The position numbers were made by a program, and so were the translations under genes. This document shows positions 24,691 to 37,016 of a DNA stretch of 64,000 nucleotides, one piece after another; position 1 is the stretch's first letter; every line of letters begins with the position of its first letter. The DNA is taken from NCBI GenBank assembly GCA_951406725.2, contig OX597814.1:202306001-202370000 (forward strand). The letters run 5' to 3'. Source of the DNA: Octopus vulgaris. Its lineage: Eukaryota. The notes below the pieces were generated by a model. It had not been told where the DNA came from. It worked only from the letters and a program-made list of their open reading frames with translations, and did no database searches.

Positions 24691-25207
24691 TTTCAAAGAA
24701 AAAGGTAATGTAAAAGGAGAAGAAAGGGGACTCTCTACACCCTCTTTTTTGACCAGGCTCCCGTTGGCTTTTGTAGGGTTTTTTCCACCGGGAACCTTTC
24801 GAGACGTCTCCCCCTTTTGGGAGTTTTTCATTGTTGAATTTTATAAGTTGTTATAAAGATTTTTACTCGATGTTTTAAAAAAACGGCAAAACCCTTTGTA
24901 ACCTTTCGTCCTGTCTTGTCCCTTTATGTAATCATGCGTGTCAGCCCTTGTGGCCAATAAAAAAGAATTGATTATTATTATTATTATTCCTTCCGACGCC
25001 GATGGACGTACGTGAATCAGCTCTGTGAGTTTTGTGCCAATTTTATTGGAAATTTTTTAATAAGCTTGAATATTTTTTAATATTTTTGTAGCCAAACCGA
25101 CCGGCTTCTTGCGGAGCTCGTCGGTTGGGCGAAATTTTGCCCCATTCGGGGTGAAATTACTGTCTATCCTTTTGAAATTGACATTTTTTGCACACACACA
25201 TTACAAA

Positions 25208-26242
25208 ATGGCACTAAAACGAGCTGCTGGCTCTTCCCTCCTTCTTGCAACACCCCCCTACAAGAACAAAAAAAAATAACGTCACGGGTTACGTACAACC
25301 CATTTCAGGCCGTAAAAGGCAACAAAGCTCCTCCTTCCGAACCGGAGAGCACGCGCTCGGTTCAAAAGGAGAATGCATGCCAGGACGTCGCGTTCGACGT
25401 CACTCTTGATTTCCCCCCTCTGCCTTCAACAAGTGATGCTGTACCGAAGGGGGAGGTAAAGAAAATTATAACAGACACAAACACAGACAAGAACCAACAA
25501 AAAACTGTAAAAGCTTCTAACGATTTTGCTTCTGCTGCGAAGCAAATTTCGGAAGATGTAGAAATTACAATGGAGGACATAAAAATGGCACAAGATTTGT
25601 TGAGAAAGGAGGGGAACAGTGTTTTCCTCAACACACCTCAACAACTCACACAAGAAACAAGCAAAAGAACAATCTTTTATAAAGTCTTCGAAAAGAAAAC
25701 TAAAAGATTGTTTAACGCCACACCACAACAGTTGGAGATGGCTCTGAAGCCCATTTGGGGCCAGAAGAGCTATGTGACAAGAGGGAAGCGATTTGGAACC
25801 GTGGAGGTTCGCTTCCCAACAGAGGAGCTTGCAAGGGCAAACGCCATTTCGCCCTTGCAAAATGAACATTTGTTCCTCGTCCCGACGTACCTCGGGCGTA
25901 AGGTACAAAAAATAACCATAAGCACAATACCCCCCGAACAGAAAATCTCATGGCTAGTGGCGGCTGTCCTCTATGGCATAGAGGACACTGCCACTATTCT
26001 GAATGTTCGGAGGGTACGAGAAAAGAACTGGTCAGGCATGGGTATTCAACTGCTGGTACAGATCCAGCAGGAAAACATCAATGCCATACCTGACTTTGTC
26101 ATCTTGCTGGATGGGACCAGGCTAAATGTTATTGTAGAGGGGCGAAAGCCAAAATGTTTCCTCTGCAGTAGCGAAAGCCACCTAAAAAGGGACTGCCCCA
26201 TTCAAAAAAAGAGAATGGAGGAGTATAGCAAGAGGCAGCAGC

Positions 26243-26279
<37 letters not shown>

Positions 26280-27102
26280 CAAGCAACAACAACAGAAACA
26301 ACAAAAACAGCAAGAAAAACCAAAGGCTGCCACACCACCAACACCATCACCAACACCAGCACCAAGACGAACAACACCACCTCCAACAACAACAACCACC
26401 ACCAAACCAACACCGACAACCACCACCAAACCAACACCGACACCAGTACCTCGAAGGTCGACAGCAGCGACATCAACAGTAACAGGAGCAGCGGCACCAC
26501 CGATACCGGCGGAACCAGAAACTTTTCGTCCTGCTACTGAAGCAGACCCCTCAACCATTCCTTTGCCGGATGAAGAGATCTCGGATTGTGCGAGCTCGGA
26601 TTCCAACAAAGGAGAATGGAATATAGTACCTCCAAAAAAGAAAAGGAGGAAAAAACAAAAAGTTTTACAGGGGAAGCACGAACAAATAGTACTTCCCAAC
26701 ATCAACAACAACATCAACAACAACACACACTCACAACAACAAACAACAACAACAACACTTTCGACACCACTACTGCCACTACCACAGACACAAACAAACA
26801 CAGACACAATTACAGACACGATTACAGCAGTGAATACAAGAAACCAGGAACTGGTTGAGTATTTGAAAAACAAAACAAGCACAAACATTACAGATTTCAT
26901 AATACCTACACACAACACACCACCAGCACACATTCTCACAATAAAAATAAACAAAACAGTGTACAATGAAATAAAACAAATATTCCCTAACGATGTGGGA
27001 TCGTTAGGGAAAAGTTTCTCTCAGAAACTTTACAAAAATATTATTGAAGCACCCGTGCAAAAGCACAAGGGAGCCACCCCCACCACCAACAACAGTAAGT
27101 AG
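25208..27102 (+). pseudogene. ORF1, copy 2; frameshift in A-run near 25270
   Basis: Longer A-run than in intact copy 4; downstream 510-aa frame is open; Q14 tract. Confidence 0.8.
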
Positions 27103-27142
27103 AGCCTTTTTTCTCCTTTTTTTTTCCCCTAATTCTTGAGAC

Positions 27143-30100
27143 ATGGCAAATCTTAGAATCGGTTGCTTGAATGTGAGAGGCCTCGGGTCACCTTGGAAAC
27201 AGGGTCACCTGTTAAACGACCTGAGGTTTCATGATGTGGATATAGCAGCCATCAGTGAAACCAGGCTCTCCGACCCGCAGGAACTCGCAGCCCTTTTCGG
27301 CGGATACGAGATATTTCTATCTCCGTGTCGGCCGGGAGCGGGCGGTGGTGGTACTGCGGTGTTGTTTCGGAAGGGCCTGGACCTGAAAATAAGGACAGTC
27401 TTCTTGGATCCGGAAGGTAAGTTGGTGGTCCTCGACGTCGACGGTAGTGACGGCGGTGCTTTCAGACTGCTGGCTGCCTACGCTCCGACAGGAGCAGGGC
27501 AGTCGGATTATTTCAAACGTCTGGAAGTTTTCCTGGGAACGTCACGCACTCTAGTACTAGTTGGGGATTGGAACGCTGTCTTAGACGAACGTTTCGATCG
27601 GGTGGGCAGGGGAGCGTCTGATAGGAGAGGGGGAGGGTGCAAGAGCCTCGCCAACCTACTCGGCCGCTTTCAGCTGTCCGACAGGTTTCGACTAGACAAC
27701 CCGAATGTGCCAATGTGGACTTGGACAAACCGCATCGGGTCGTCTAGATCGTACTTAGATAGAGTGTTTTGTAGGCCAGCGGATAAGGACAGCGTAGGGT
27801 GTCCACAATTCCACCTAGTCGAATATACGGACCACAAATTAGTGATCTGTACGGTCGACTTAGATAGGCTACATAGACAGGGACCCGGCTACTGGAAGCT
27901 GAACGCGTCGTTAACGGCGTGCAAAGCTTACAGAGACCGGATTAGTTTACTAGTTAAGCGGGCGCTCACGGGGGCAATCATCAACAACAACTGGTGGTTT
28001 GCCCTCAAGAGAGCAATTAGAGTAGAGTCGATTAGGTATAGTAAGACTCTAGCTATTGAACGTAGGAAGAGAGAGCGGGATTTAGTTAAGAAACTAGACG
28101 AGGCTCTTGACACTGGCATCGCGACCGACGTGTTGGCGGCAAGGTTGGCCCTCGACCAACACTTCGACGCCAAACACGAAGGCTGCGTTGTCAGAGCTAA
28201 GGCACGTTCGCTAAGCGGGGAGGGGACTAGAGCCGCTCGATGGGCCCGCGTGGCGGAGGCGAAGCGAGGCAACAGAGCAACCATTCGGTCTTTGGTGGAC
28301 CAGAACGGGCGCGAGGTTACCCAACCGAAGCAGATGTGTACGGTGCTTCAGCGGCACTTTGCTCAACTGTTTGGGACGAGCGGTGGAACGGACACCAACG
28401 GTACAGACTTCGGTGTGTACCTGGACGGACTGCCGCAACTCTCGGACAGCGAGGCAGAGTGCTGCGAAGGACCGATATCTGCCTGGGAAGTACAGGAAGC
28501 GATGAAGAGTTGCACGAGAGGTAGATCGCCGGGTTTGGATGGTCTGCCCTACGAGCTTTACTTTTCAATGCCAGACTTGTTTGCGGACCTGTTGGCAAAC
28601 GTCTACTGCAACTGGCAGCAAAACGGGAGAATTCCTGCTTTTGTCTGTCGAGGGGTGGTGGCTTTGCTAAAGAAGGACCCAAACAAGGGGGACGTTATAG
28701 GCAATTTCCGGCCCATCACTCTGCTCAATGCAGAGTTGAAGATTTTGGCCAAGGTGCTAGCCAAGAGATTGGCGCTTGTCGTGGACAAGCTGGTCGGCGG
28801 GACGCAGACATGCGCCGTGCCGACCAGGTCGATACACGACAACCTCCATCTCATGCGCTACATCATAGAGAGGGTGGGTAACGACGCTGGCGCGGGTGGG
28901 GCTTTGATCAACTTGGATCAGAGTAAAGCCTTCGATAGGGTCGACCATCGGTACCTGGCAGCTGTCCTCAAGGCAGCCGGCTTCGGTCCAGTCTTCCGCG
29001 GGTGGATCGCTGCTTTATACAGCAACATCTGCTCGGTGATACGGGTGAACGGTCACCTTTCGGAACCGTTCGACATCTCGCGTTCGGTCCGCCAAGGATG
29101 CCCTCTCTCCTCCCTCTTGTACATTTTGACTCTCGAGCCATTACTGCGCAAGTTGGAGGCTTTGAGGGGCATCCCGCGCGATCTAGGAGGCGGAAACAGC
29201 GTGTCTGCTTATGCCGACGACGTCACCGTGGTGGTGTCGAGCCACAGGCACATTGGCCTGATTGGCGAGACGCTAAACCAGTACGAAGCGGTGACAGGGG
29301 CAAAGATTAACGCGGAAAAGTCTGTGGGCTTGCAACTGGGCACCTGGAGAGGCAAGCCCATGCCGTCCAACAGCGTCGTAGGGCGCTGGACAGACGGACC
29401 CGTTAAACTGCTCGGGGTCTGGTTCGGTCCGGACCTCCAGGTGGATAAGAACTGGGAAGAGGTGACGAGCAGGGTGGCACGTCTCACCCAGAAATGGGCC
29501 GAGAGGAAGCTGTCCCTGAAAGGTCGAGCGGAGGTGGCGAATGCGTACATCGCATCCGTCATCTATTACCGCTTGACCGTCGTCCCTTGTCCCGACCGCT
29601 GGTTGGCCAAGCTGGTACGCCTGCTCTTCGACTTTTTGTGGAAGGGTCAGGTGCCACTGGTCAGGCGATCCATCTGCTGTCAACGACCGCTGAACGGAGG
29701 CCTTGGAATGCCGTGGTTGCTGTTGCGCAGACATGCGCTCAGGCTGCGGCATCTCAAGCGCTTCCTAGACGGTGAACAGGTGTGGTCGTCTTTTGTCAGA
29801 CGCGATTTTCCGCAGCTCGTCTCTTTGACGGAGCTGCAGACCTGGATCAAACGTAGACCGAGAAAGGGCGCTTGGCACCTCGAGTGCCGTCAAGCCCTCT
29901 CCGCCCTCCACCAGGCGGGCAATGCGGTCGGTTACAGCTCCACTCTAGCGTTCTATAGAGGGTTAGTGGAGGAAAAATGCGACGACGTTCTCGGGGAAAC
30001 TCTAGGCGTTGAAGACGACGAACTGAGCGGTCTGTTCGGGAGGACTTTCGGGCCGGGGCCGATGGATAATTTCCAGAGGTCTCTCGCCTGGCAGTGCTAC

Positions 30101-30577
30101 CGAGGGGCTCTGCCTGTTCGAGATAAACTCTACCGGCACGGAAGTGCCGTCAGCCGGGCCTGCCCGAGGTGTTGCCAGGACGACGAAACCGTTCTGCACG
30201 CACTCGTCCAGTGCCCGAGTATTGCTGAAATATGGGTTTATGTCGAACAGCTACTGTCACGTGTAGGACGGATCCGACTATCGGCCGAATCCATAGTGAA
30301 GATTGCCCCGCCGACCTCCTTTAACAAGGAGGGCGAGGCCGTTTTCTTGTGCCTTGTGGCTGTGGCGAAAGAAGTCGTGTGGTGGACTCGTTTGAAAGGG
30401 CTAAAGTCAGACACTTTCCTCTTTGGTCAAGGCCTCATCAACTTTTTCAAGTTTCACTTGAAAAGGAAGATGAGGTTAGAGAGGAAAGTGCTGTCCGATA
30501 GCAAGTTTTATGAAAGGTGGGTGAATTGTGCGAGACTGGCCTGTATAAATGGACCAGTTCTCAGGTTTCGCCTGTGA
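27143..30577 (+). CDS. Intact ORF2, 1144 aa: APE endonuclease, reverse transcriptase and C-terminal zinc finger (Tx1/L1 group)
   Basis: APE motifs LNVRGL, ISETR, VGDWN, SYLDRVF, TDHKLV. RT motifs SPGLDGLP, NFRPITLLN, LDQSKAFDRV, RQGCPLS, YADD. GYWKLN linker. Zinc finger CPRCCQDDETVLHALVQC. Confidence 0.95.
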   Translation: MANLRIGCLNVRGLGSPWKQGHLLNDLRFHDVDIAAISETRLSDPQELAALFGGYEIFLSPCRPGAGGGGTAVLFRKGLDLKIRTVFLDPEGKLVVLDVDGSDGGAFRLLAAYAPTGAGQSDYFKRLEVFLGTSRTLVLVGDWNAVLDERFDRVGRGASDRRGGGCKSLANLLGRFQLSDRFRLDNPNVPMWTWTNRIGSSRSYLDRVFCRPADKDSVGCPQFHLVEYTDHKLVICTVDLDRLHRQGPGYWKLNASLTACKAYRDRISLLVKRALTGAIINNNWWFALKRAIRVESIRYSKTLAIERRKRERDLVKKLDEALDTGIATDVLAARLALDQHFDAKHEGCVVRAKARSLSGEGTRAARWARVAEAKRGNRATIRSLVDQNGREVTQPKQMCTVLQRHFAQLFGTSGGTDTNGTDFGVYLDGLPQLSDSEAECCEGPISAWEVQEAMKSCTRGRSPGLDGLPYELYFSMPDLFADLLANVYCNWQQNGRIPAFVCRGVVALLKKDPNKGDVIGNFRPITLLNAELKILAKVLAKRLALVVDKLVGGTQTCAVPTRSIHDNLHLMRYIIERVGNDAGAGGALINLDQSKAFDRVDHRYLAAVLKAAGFGPVFRGWIAALYSNICSVIRVNGHLSEPFDISRSVRQGCPLSSLLYILTLEPLLRKLEALRGIPRDLGGGNSVSAYADDVTVVVSSHRHIGLIGETLNQYEAVTGAKINAEKSVGLQLGTWRGKPMPSNSVVGRWTDGPVKLLGVWFGPDLQVDKNWEEVTSRVARLTQKWAERKLSLKGRAEVANAYIASVIYYRLTVVPCPDRWLAKLVRLLFDFLWKGQVPLVRRSICCQRPLNGGLGMPWLLLRRHALRLRHLKRFLDGEQVWSSFVRRDFPQLVSLTELQTWIKRRPRKGAWHLECRQALSALHQAGNAVGYSSTLAFYRGLVEEKCDDVLGETLGVEDDELSGLFGRTFGPGPMDNFQRSLAWQCYRGALPVRDKLYRHGSAVSRACPRCCQDDETVLHALVQCPSIAEIWVYVEQLLSRVGRIRLSAESIVKIAPPTSFNKEGEAVFLCLVAVAKEVVWWTRLKGLKSDTFLFGQGLINFFKFHLKRKMRLERKVLSDSKFYERWVNCARLACINGPVLRFRL

Positions 30578-30906
30578 TTTCAAAGAAAAAGGTAATGTAA
30601 AAGGAGAAGAAAGGGGACTCTCTACACCCCCTTTTTGACCAGGCTCCCGTTGGCTTTTGTAGGGTTTTTTCCACCGGGAACATTTCGAGACGTCTCCCCC
30701 TTTTGGGAGTTTTTCATTGTTGAATTTTATAAGTTGTTATAAAGATTTTTACTCGATGTTTTTAAAAAAACGGCAAAACCCTTTGTAACCTTTCGTCCTG
30801 TCTTGTCCCTTTATGTAATCATGCGTGTCAGCCCTTGTGGCCAATAAAAAAGAATTGATTATTATTATTATTATTATTATTATTGTTGTTATTATTATTA
30901 TTGTTG

Positions 30907-30942
<36 letters not shown>

Positions 30943-31160
30943 CTTCCGACGCCGATGGACGTACGTGAATCAGCTCTGTGAGTTTTGTGCCAATTTTATT
31001 GGAAATTTTTTAATAAGCTTGAATATTTTTTAATATTTTTGTAGCCAAACCGACCGGCTTCTTGCGGAGCTCGTCGGTTGGGCGAAAATTTTGCCCCTTC
31101 GGGGTGAAATTGCTGTTTTTTATTTTGAAATTGACATTTTTGCACACACATATTTACAAA

Positions 31161-32193
31161 ATGGCTTTGAAACGAGCTGCTGGCTCTTCCCTCCTTCTTG
31201 CAACACCCCCTCCACAAGAACAAAAAATAACGTCACGGGTTACGTACAACCCATTTCAAGCCGTAAAAGGCAACAAAGATCCTCCTTCCGAACCGGAGAG
31301 CACGCGCTCGGTTCAAAAGGAGAATGCATGCCAGGACGTCGCGTTCGACGTCACTCTTGATTTCCCCCCTCTGCCTTCAACAAGTGATGCTGTACCGAAG
31401 GGGGAGGTAAAGAAACTTATAACAGACACAAACACAGACAAGAACCAACAAAAAACTGTAAAAGCTTCTAACGATTTTGCTTCTGCTGCGAAGCAAATTT
31501 CGGAAGATGTAGAAATTACAATGGAGGACATAAAAATGGCACAAGATTTGTTGAGAAAGGAGGGGAACAGTGTTTTCCTCAACACACCTCAACAACTCAC
31601 ACAAGAGACAAACAAAAGAACAATCTTTTATAAAGTCTTCGAAAAGAAAACTAAAAGATTGTTTAACGCCACACCACAACAGTTGGAGATGGCTCTGAAG
31701 CCCATTTGGGGCCAGAAGAGCTATGTGACAAGAGGGAAGCGATTTGGAACCGTGGAGGTTCGCTTCCCAACAGAGGAGCTTGCAAGGGCAAACGCCATTT
31801 CGCCCTTGCAAAATGAACATTTGTTCCTCGTCCCGACGTACCTCGGGCGTAAGGTACAAAAAATAACTATAAGCACAATACCCCCCGAACAGAAAATCTC
31901 ATGGCTAGTGGCGGCTGTCCTCTATGGCATAGAGGACACTGCCACTATTCTGAATGTTCGGAGGGTACGAGAAAAGAACTGGTCAGGCATGGGTATTCAA
32001 CTGCTGGTACAGATCCAGCAGGAAAACATCAATGCCATACCTGACTTTGTCATCTTACTGGATGGGACCAGGCTAAATGTTATTGTAGAGGGGCGAAAGC
32101 CAAAATGTTTCCTCTGCAGTAGCGAAAGCCACCTAAAAAGGGACTGCCCCATTCAAAAAAAGAGAATGGAGGAGTATAGCAAGAGGCAGCAGC

Positions 32194-32227
<34 letters not shown>

Positions 32228-33038
32228 CAAGCAACAACAACAGAAACAACAAAAACAGCAAGAAAAACCAAAGGCTGCCACACCACCAACACCATCACCA
32301 ACACCAGCACCAAGACGAACAACACCACCTCCAACAACAACAACCACCACCAAACCAACACCGACAACCACCACCAAACCAACACCGACACCAGTACCTC
32401 GAAGGTCGACAGCAGCGACATCAACAGTAACAGGAGCAGCGGCACCACCGATACCGGTGGAACCAGAAACTTTTCGTCCTGCTACTGAAGCAGACCCCTC
32501 AACCATTCCTTTGCCGGATGAAGAGTCGGATTGTGCGAGCTCTGATTCCAACAAAGGAGAATGGAGTATAGTGCCTCCAAAGAAGAAAAGGAGGAAGAAA
32601 CAAAAAGATTTACAGGGGAAGCACGAACAAATAGTGCTTCCCAACATCAACAACAACAACAACAACAACAACAACACACACTCACAACAACAAACAACAA
32701 CAACACTTTCGACACCACTACTGCCACTGCCACACACACAAACACACACAGACACAATTACATCAATAAACACAAAGAACCAAAAACTAGTGGAGTACTT
32801 AAAAAACAAAACTAGTACAAATATAACCGATTTCATCATACCAACACAAAACACACCACCAGCACACATTCTCACAATAAAAATAAATGCAAAAACATAT
32901 GATGAAATCAAACAAATATTCCCTAACGATGTGGGATCGCTAGGGAAAAGTTTCTCGAAGAAACTTTACAAAAACATTGTGGAAGCACCCGTGCAAAAGC
33001 ACAAGGGAGCCACCCCCACCACCAACAACAGTAAGTAG
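31161..33038 (+). CDS. Intact ORF1, 625 aa, gag-like CCHC zinc-knuckle protein
   Basis: First ATG MALKRAAG; CX2CX4HX4C; Q13, Pro/Thr-rich linker, basic KKKRRKK stretch. Confidence 0.85.
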
Positions 33039-33077
33039 AGCCTTTTTTCTCCTTTTTTTTCCCCTAACTTTTGAAAC

Positions 33078-36000
33078 ATGGCAAATCTTAGAATCGGTTG
33101 CTTGAATGTGAGAGGCCTCGGGTCACCTTGGAAACAGGGTCACCTGTTAAACGACCTGAGGTTTCATGATGTGGATGTAGCAGCCATCAGTGAAACCAGG
33201 CTCTCCGACCCGCAGGAACTCGCAGCCCTTTTCGGCGGATACGAGATATTTCTATCTCCGTGTCGGCCGGGAGCGGGCGGTGGTGGTACTGCGGTGTTGT
33301 TTCGGAAGGGCCTGGACCTGAAAATAAGGACAGTCTTCTTGGATCCGGAAGGTAAGTTGGTGGTCCTCGACGTCGACGGTAGTGACGGCGGTGCTTTCAG
33401 ACTGCTGGCTGCCTACGCTCCGACAGGAGCAGGGCAGTCGGATTATTTCAAACGTCTGGAAGTTTTCCTGGGAACGTCACGCACTCTAGTACTAGTTGGG
33501 GATTGGAACGCTGTCTTAGACGAACGTTTCGATCGGGTGGGCAGGGGAGCGTCTGATAGGAGAGGGGGGGGTGCAAGAGCCTCGCCAACCTACTCGGCCG
33601 CTTTCAGCTGTCCGACAGGTTTCGACTAGACAACCCGAATGTGCCAATGTGGACTTGGACAAACCGCATCGGGTCGTCTAGATCGTACTTAGATAGAGTG
33701 TTTTGTAGGCCAGCGGATAAGGACAGCGTAGGGTGTCCACAATTCCACCTAGTCGAATATACGGACCACAAATTAGTGATCTGTACAGGTCGACTTAGAT
33801 AGGCTACATAGACAGGGACCCGGCTACTGGAAGCTGAACGCGTCGTTAACGGCGTGCAAAGCTTACAGAAACCGGATTAGTTTACTAGTTAAGCGGGCGC
33901 TCACGGGGGCAATCATCAACAACAACTGGTGGTTTGCCCTCAAGAGAGCAATTAGAGTAGAGTCGATTAGGTATAGTAAGACTCTAGCTATTGAACGTAG
34001 GAAGAGAGAAACTAGACGAGGCTCTTGACACTGGCATCGCGACCGACGTGTTGGCGGCAAGGTTGGCCCTCGACCAACACTTCGACGCCAAACACGAAGG
34101 CTGCGTTGTCAGAGCTAAGGCACGCTTCGCTAAGCGGGGAGGGGACTAGAGCCGCTCGATGGGCCCGCGTGGCGGAGGCGAAGCGAGGCAACAGAGCAAC
34201 CATTCGGTCTTTGGTGGACCAGAACGGGCGCGAGGTTACCCAACCGAAGCAGATGTGTACGGTGCTTCAGCGGCACTTTGCTCAACTGTTTGGGACGAGC
34301 GGTGGAACGGACACCAACGGTACAGACTTCGGTGTGTACCTGGACGGACTGCCGCAACTCTCGGACAGCGAGGCAGAGTGCTGCGAAGGACCGATATCTG
34401 CCTGGGAAGTACAGGAAGCGATGAAGAGTTGCACGAGAGGTAGATCGCCGGGTTTGGATGGTCTGCCCTACGAGCTTTACTTTTCAATGCCAGACTTGTT
34501 TGCGGACCTGTTGGCAAACGTCTACTGCAACTGGCAGCAAAACGGGAGAATTCCTGCTTTTGTCTGTCGAGGGGTGGTGGCTTTGCTAAAGAAGGACCCA
34601 AACAAGGGGGACGTTATAGGGAATTTCCGGCCCATCACTCTGCTCAATGCAGAGTTGAAGATTTTGGCCAAGGTGCTAGCCAAGAGATTGGCGCTTGTCG
34701 TGGACAAGCTGGTCGGCAAGACGCAGACATGCGCCGTGCCGACCAGGTCGATACACGACAACCTCCATCTCATGCGCTACATCATAGAGAGGGTGGGTAA
34801 CGACGCTGGCGCGGGTGGGGCTTTGATCAACTTGGATCAGAGTAAAGCCTTCGATAGGGTCGACCATCGGTACCTGGCAGCTGTCCTCAGGGCAGCCGGC
34901 TTCGGTCCAGTCTTCCGCGGGTGGATCGCTGCTTTATACAGCAACATCTGCTCGGTGATACGGGTGAACGGTCACCTTTCGGAACCGTTCGACATCTCGC
35001 GTTCGGTCCGCCAAGGATGCCCTCTCTCCTCCCTCTTGTACATTTTGACTCTCGAGCCATTACTGCGCAAGTTGGAGGCTTTGAGGGGCATCCCGCGCGA
35101 TCTAGGAGGCGGAAACAGCGTGTCTGCTTATGCCGACGACGTCACCGTGGTGGTGTCGAGTCCACAGGCACATTGGCCTGATTGGCGAGACGCTAAACCA
35201 GTACGAAGCGGTGACAGGGGCAAAGATTAACGCGGAAAAGTCTGTGGGCTTGCAACTGGGCACCTGGAGAGGCAAGCCCATGCCGTCCAACAGCGTCGTA
35301 GGGCGCTGGACAGACGGACCCGTTAAACTGCTCGGGGTCTGGTTCGGTCCGGACCTCCAGGTGGATAAGAACTGGGAAGAGGTGACGAGCAGGGTGGCAC
35401 GTCTCACCCAGAAATGGGCCGAGAGGAAGCTGTCCCTGAAAGGTCGAGCGGAGGTGGCGAATGCGTACATCGCATCCGTCATCTATTACCGCTTGACCGT
35501 CGTCCCTTGTCCCGACCGCTGGTTGGCCAAGCTGGTACGTCTGCTCTTCGACTTTTTGTGGAAGGGTCAGGTGCCACTGGTCAGGCGATCCATCTGCTGT
35601 CAACGACCGCTGAACGGAGGCCTTGGAATGCCGTGGTTGCTGTTGCGCAGACATGCGCTCAGGCTGCGGCATCTCAAGCGCTTCCTAGACGGTGAACAGG
35701 TGTGGTCGTCTTTTGTCAGACGCGATTTTCCGCAGCTCGTCTCTTTGACGGAGCTGCAGACCTGGATCAAACGTAGACCGAGAAAGGGCGCTTGGCACCT
35801 CGAGTGCCGTCAAGCTCTCTCCGCCCTCCGCCAGGCGGGCAATGCGATCGGTTACAGCTCCACTCTAGCTTTCTATAGAGGGTTAGTGGAGGAAAAATGC
35901 GACGACGTTCTCGGGGAAACTCTAGGCGTTGAAGACGACGAACTGAGCGGTCTGTTCGGGAGGACTTTCGGGCCGGGGCCGATGGATAATTTCCAGAGGT

Positions 36001-36497
36001 CTCTCGCCTGGCAGTGCTACCGAGGGGCTCTGCCTGTTCGGGATAAACTCTACCGGCACGGAAGTGCCGTCAGCCGGGCCTGCCCGAGGTGTTGCCAGGA
36101 CGACGAAACCGTTCTGCATGCACTCGTCCAGTGCCCGAGTATTGCTGAAATATGGGTTTATGTCGAACAGCTACTGTCACGTGTAGGACGGATCCGACTA
36201 TCGGCCGAATCCATAGTGAAGATTGCCCCGCCGACCTCCTTTAACAAGGAGGGCGAGGCCGTTTTCTTGTGCCTAGTGGCTGTGGCGAAAGAGGTGGTGT
36301 GGTGGACTCGTTTGAAAGGGCTAAAGACAGACACTTTCCTCTTTGGTCAAGGCCTCATCAACTTTTTCAAGTTTCACTTGAAAAGGAAGATGAGGTTAGA
36401 GAGGAAAGTGCTGTCCGATAGCAAGTTTTATGAAAGGTGGGTGAATTGTGCGAGACTGGCCTGTATAAATGGACCAGTTCTCAGGTTTCGCCTGTGA
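33078..36497 (+). pseudogene. ORF2, copy 3; several indels including a 17-nt deletion near 34010
   Basis: Relative to copy 2: -1 near 33565, +1 near 33787, loss of gcgggatttagttaaga, +1 near 34125, +1 near 35161. Confidence 0.85.
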
Positions 36498-37016
36498 TTT
36501 CAAAGAAAAAGGTAATGTAAAAGGAGAAGAAAGGGGACTCTCTACACCCCCTTTTTTTGACCAGGCTCCCGTTGGCTTTTGTAGGGTTTTTTCCACCAGG
36601 AACCTTTCGAGACGTCTCCCCCTTTTGGGAGTTTTTCATTGTTGAATTTTATAAGTTGTTATAAAGATTTTTACTCGATGTTTTTAAAAAAACGGCAAAA
36701 CCCTTTGTAAACTTTCGTCCTGTCTTGTCCCTTTATGTAATCATGCGTGTCAGCCCTTGTGGCCAATAAAAAAGAATTGATTATTATTATTATTATTCCT
36801 TCCGACGCCGATGGACGTACGTGAATCAGCTCTGTGAGTTTTGTGCCAATTTTATTGGAAATTTTTTAATAAGCTTGAATATTTTTTAATATTTTTGTAG
36901 CCAAACCGACCGGCTTCTTGCGGAGCTCGTCGGTTGGGCGAAATTTTGCCCCATTCGGGGTGAAATTACTGTCTATCCTTTTGAAATTGACATTTTTTGC
37001 ACACACACATTACAAA

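Larger units (their letters stand above)
19101..24970 (+). mobile_element. Full-length Tx1-clade non-LTR retrotransposon, copy 1
   Basis: 5' ccttccgacgccgatgg; ORF1 and ORF2; 3' ...gtggccaataaaaaagaattg then (att)6. Confidence 0.92.
24989..30857 (+). mobile_element. Full-length Tx1-clade element, copy 2
   Basis: Same 5' and 3' termini; preceded by (att)6. Confidence 0.92.
30942..36779 (+). mobile_element. Full-length Tx1-clade element, copy 3 (divergent 5'UTR/ORF1 variant)
   Basis: Same termini; many private substitutions in 5'UTR and ORF1; preceded by an 84-bp ATT/GTT spacer. Confidence 0.92.
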
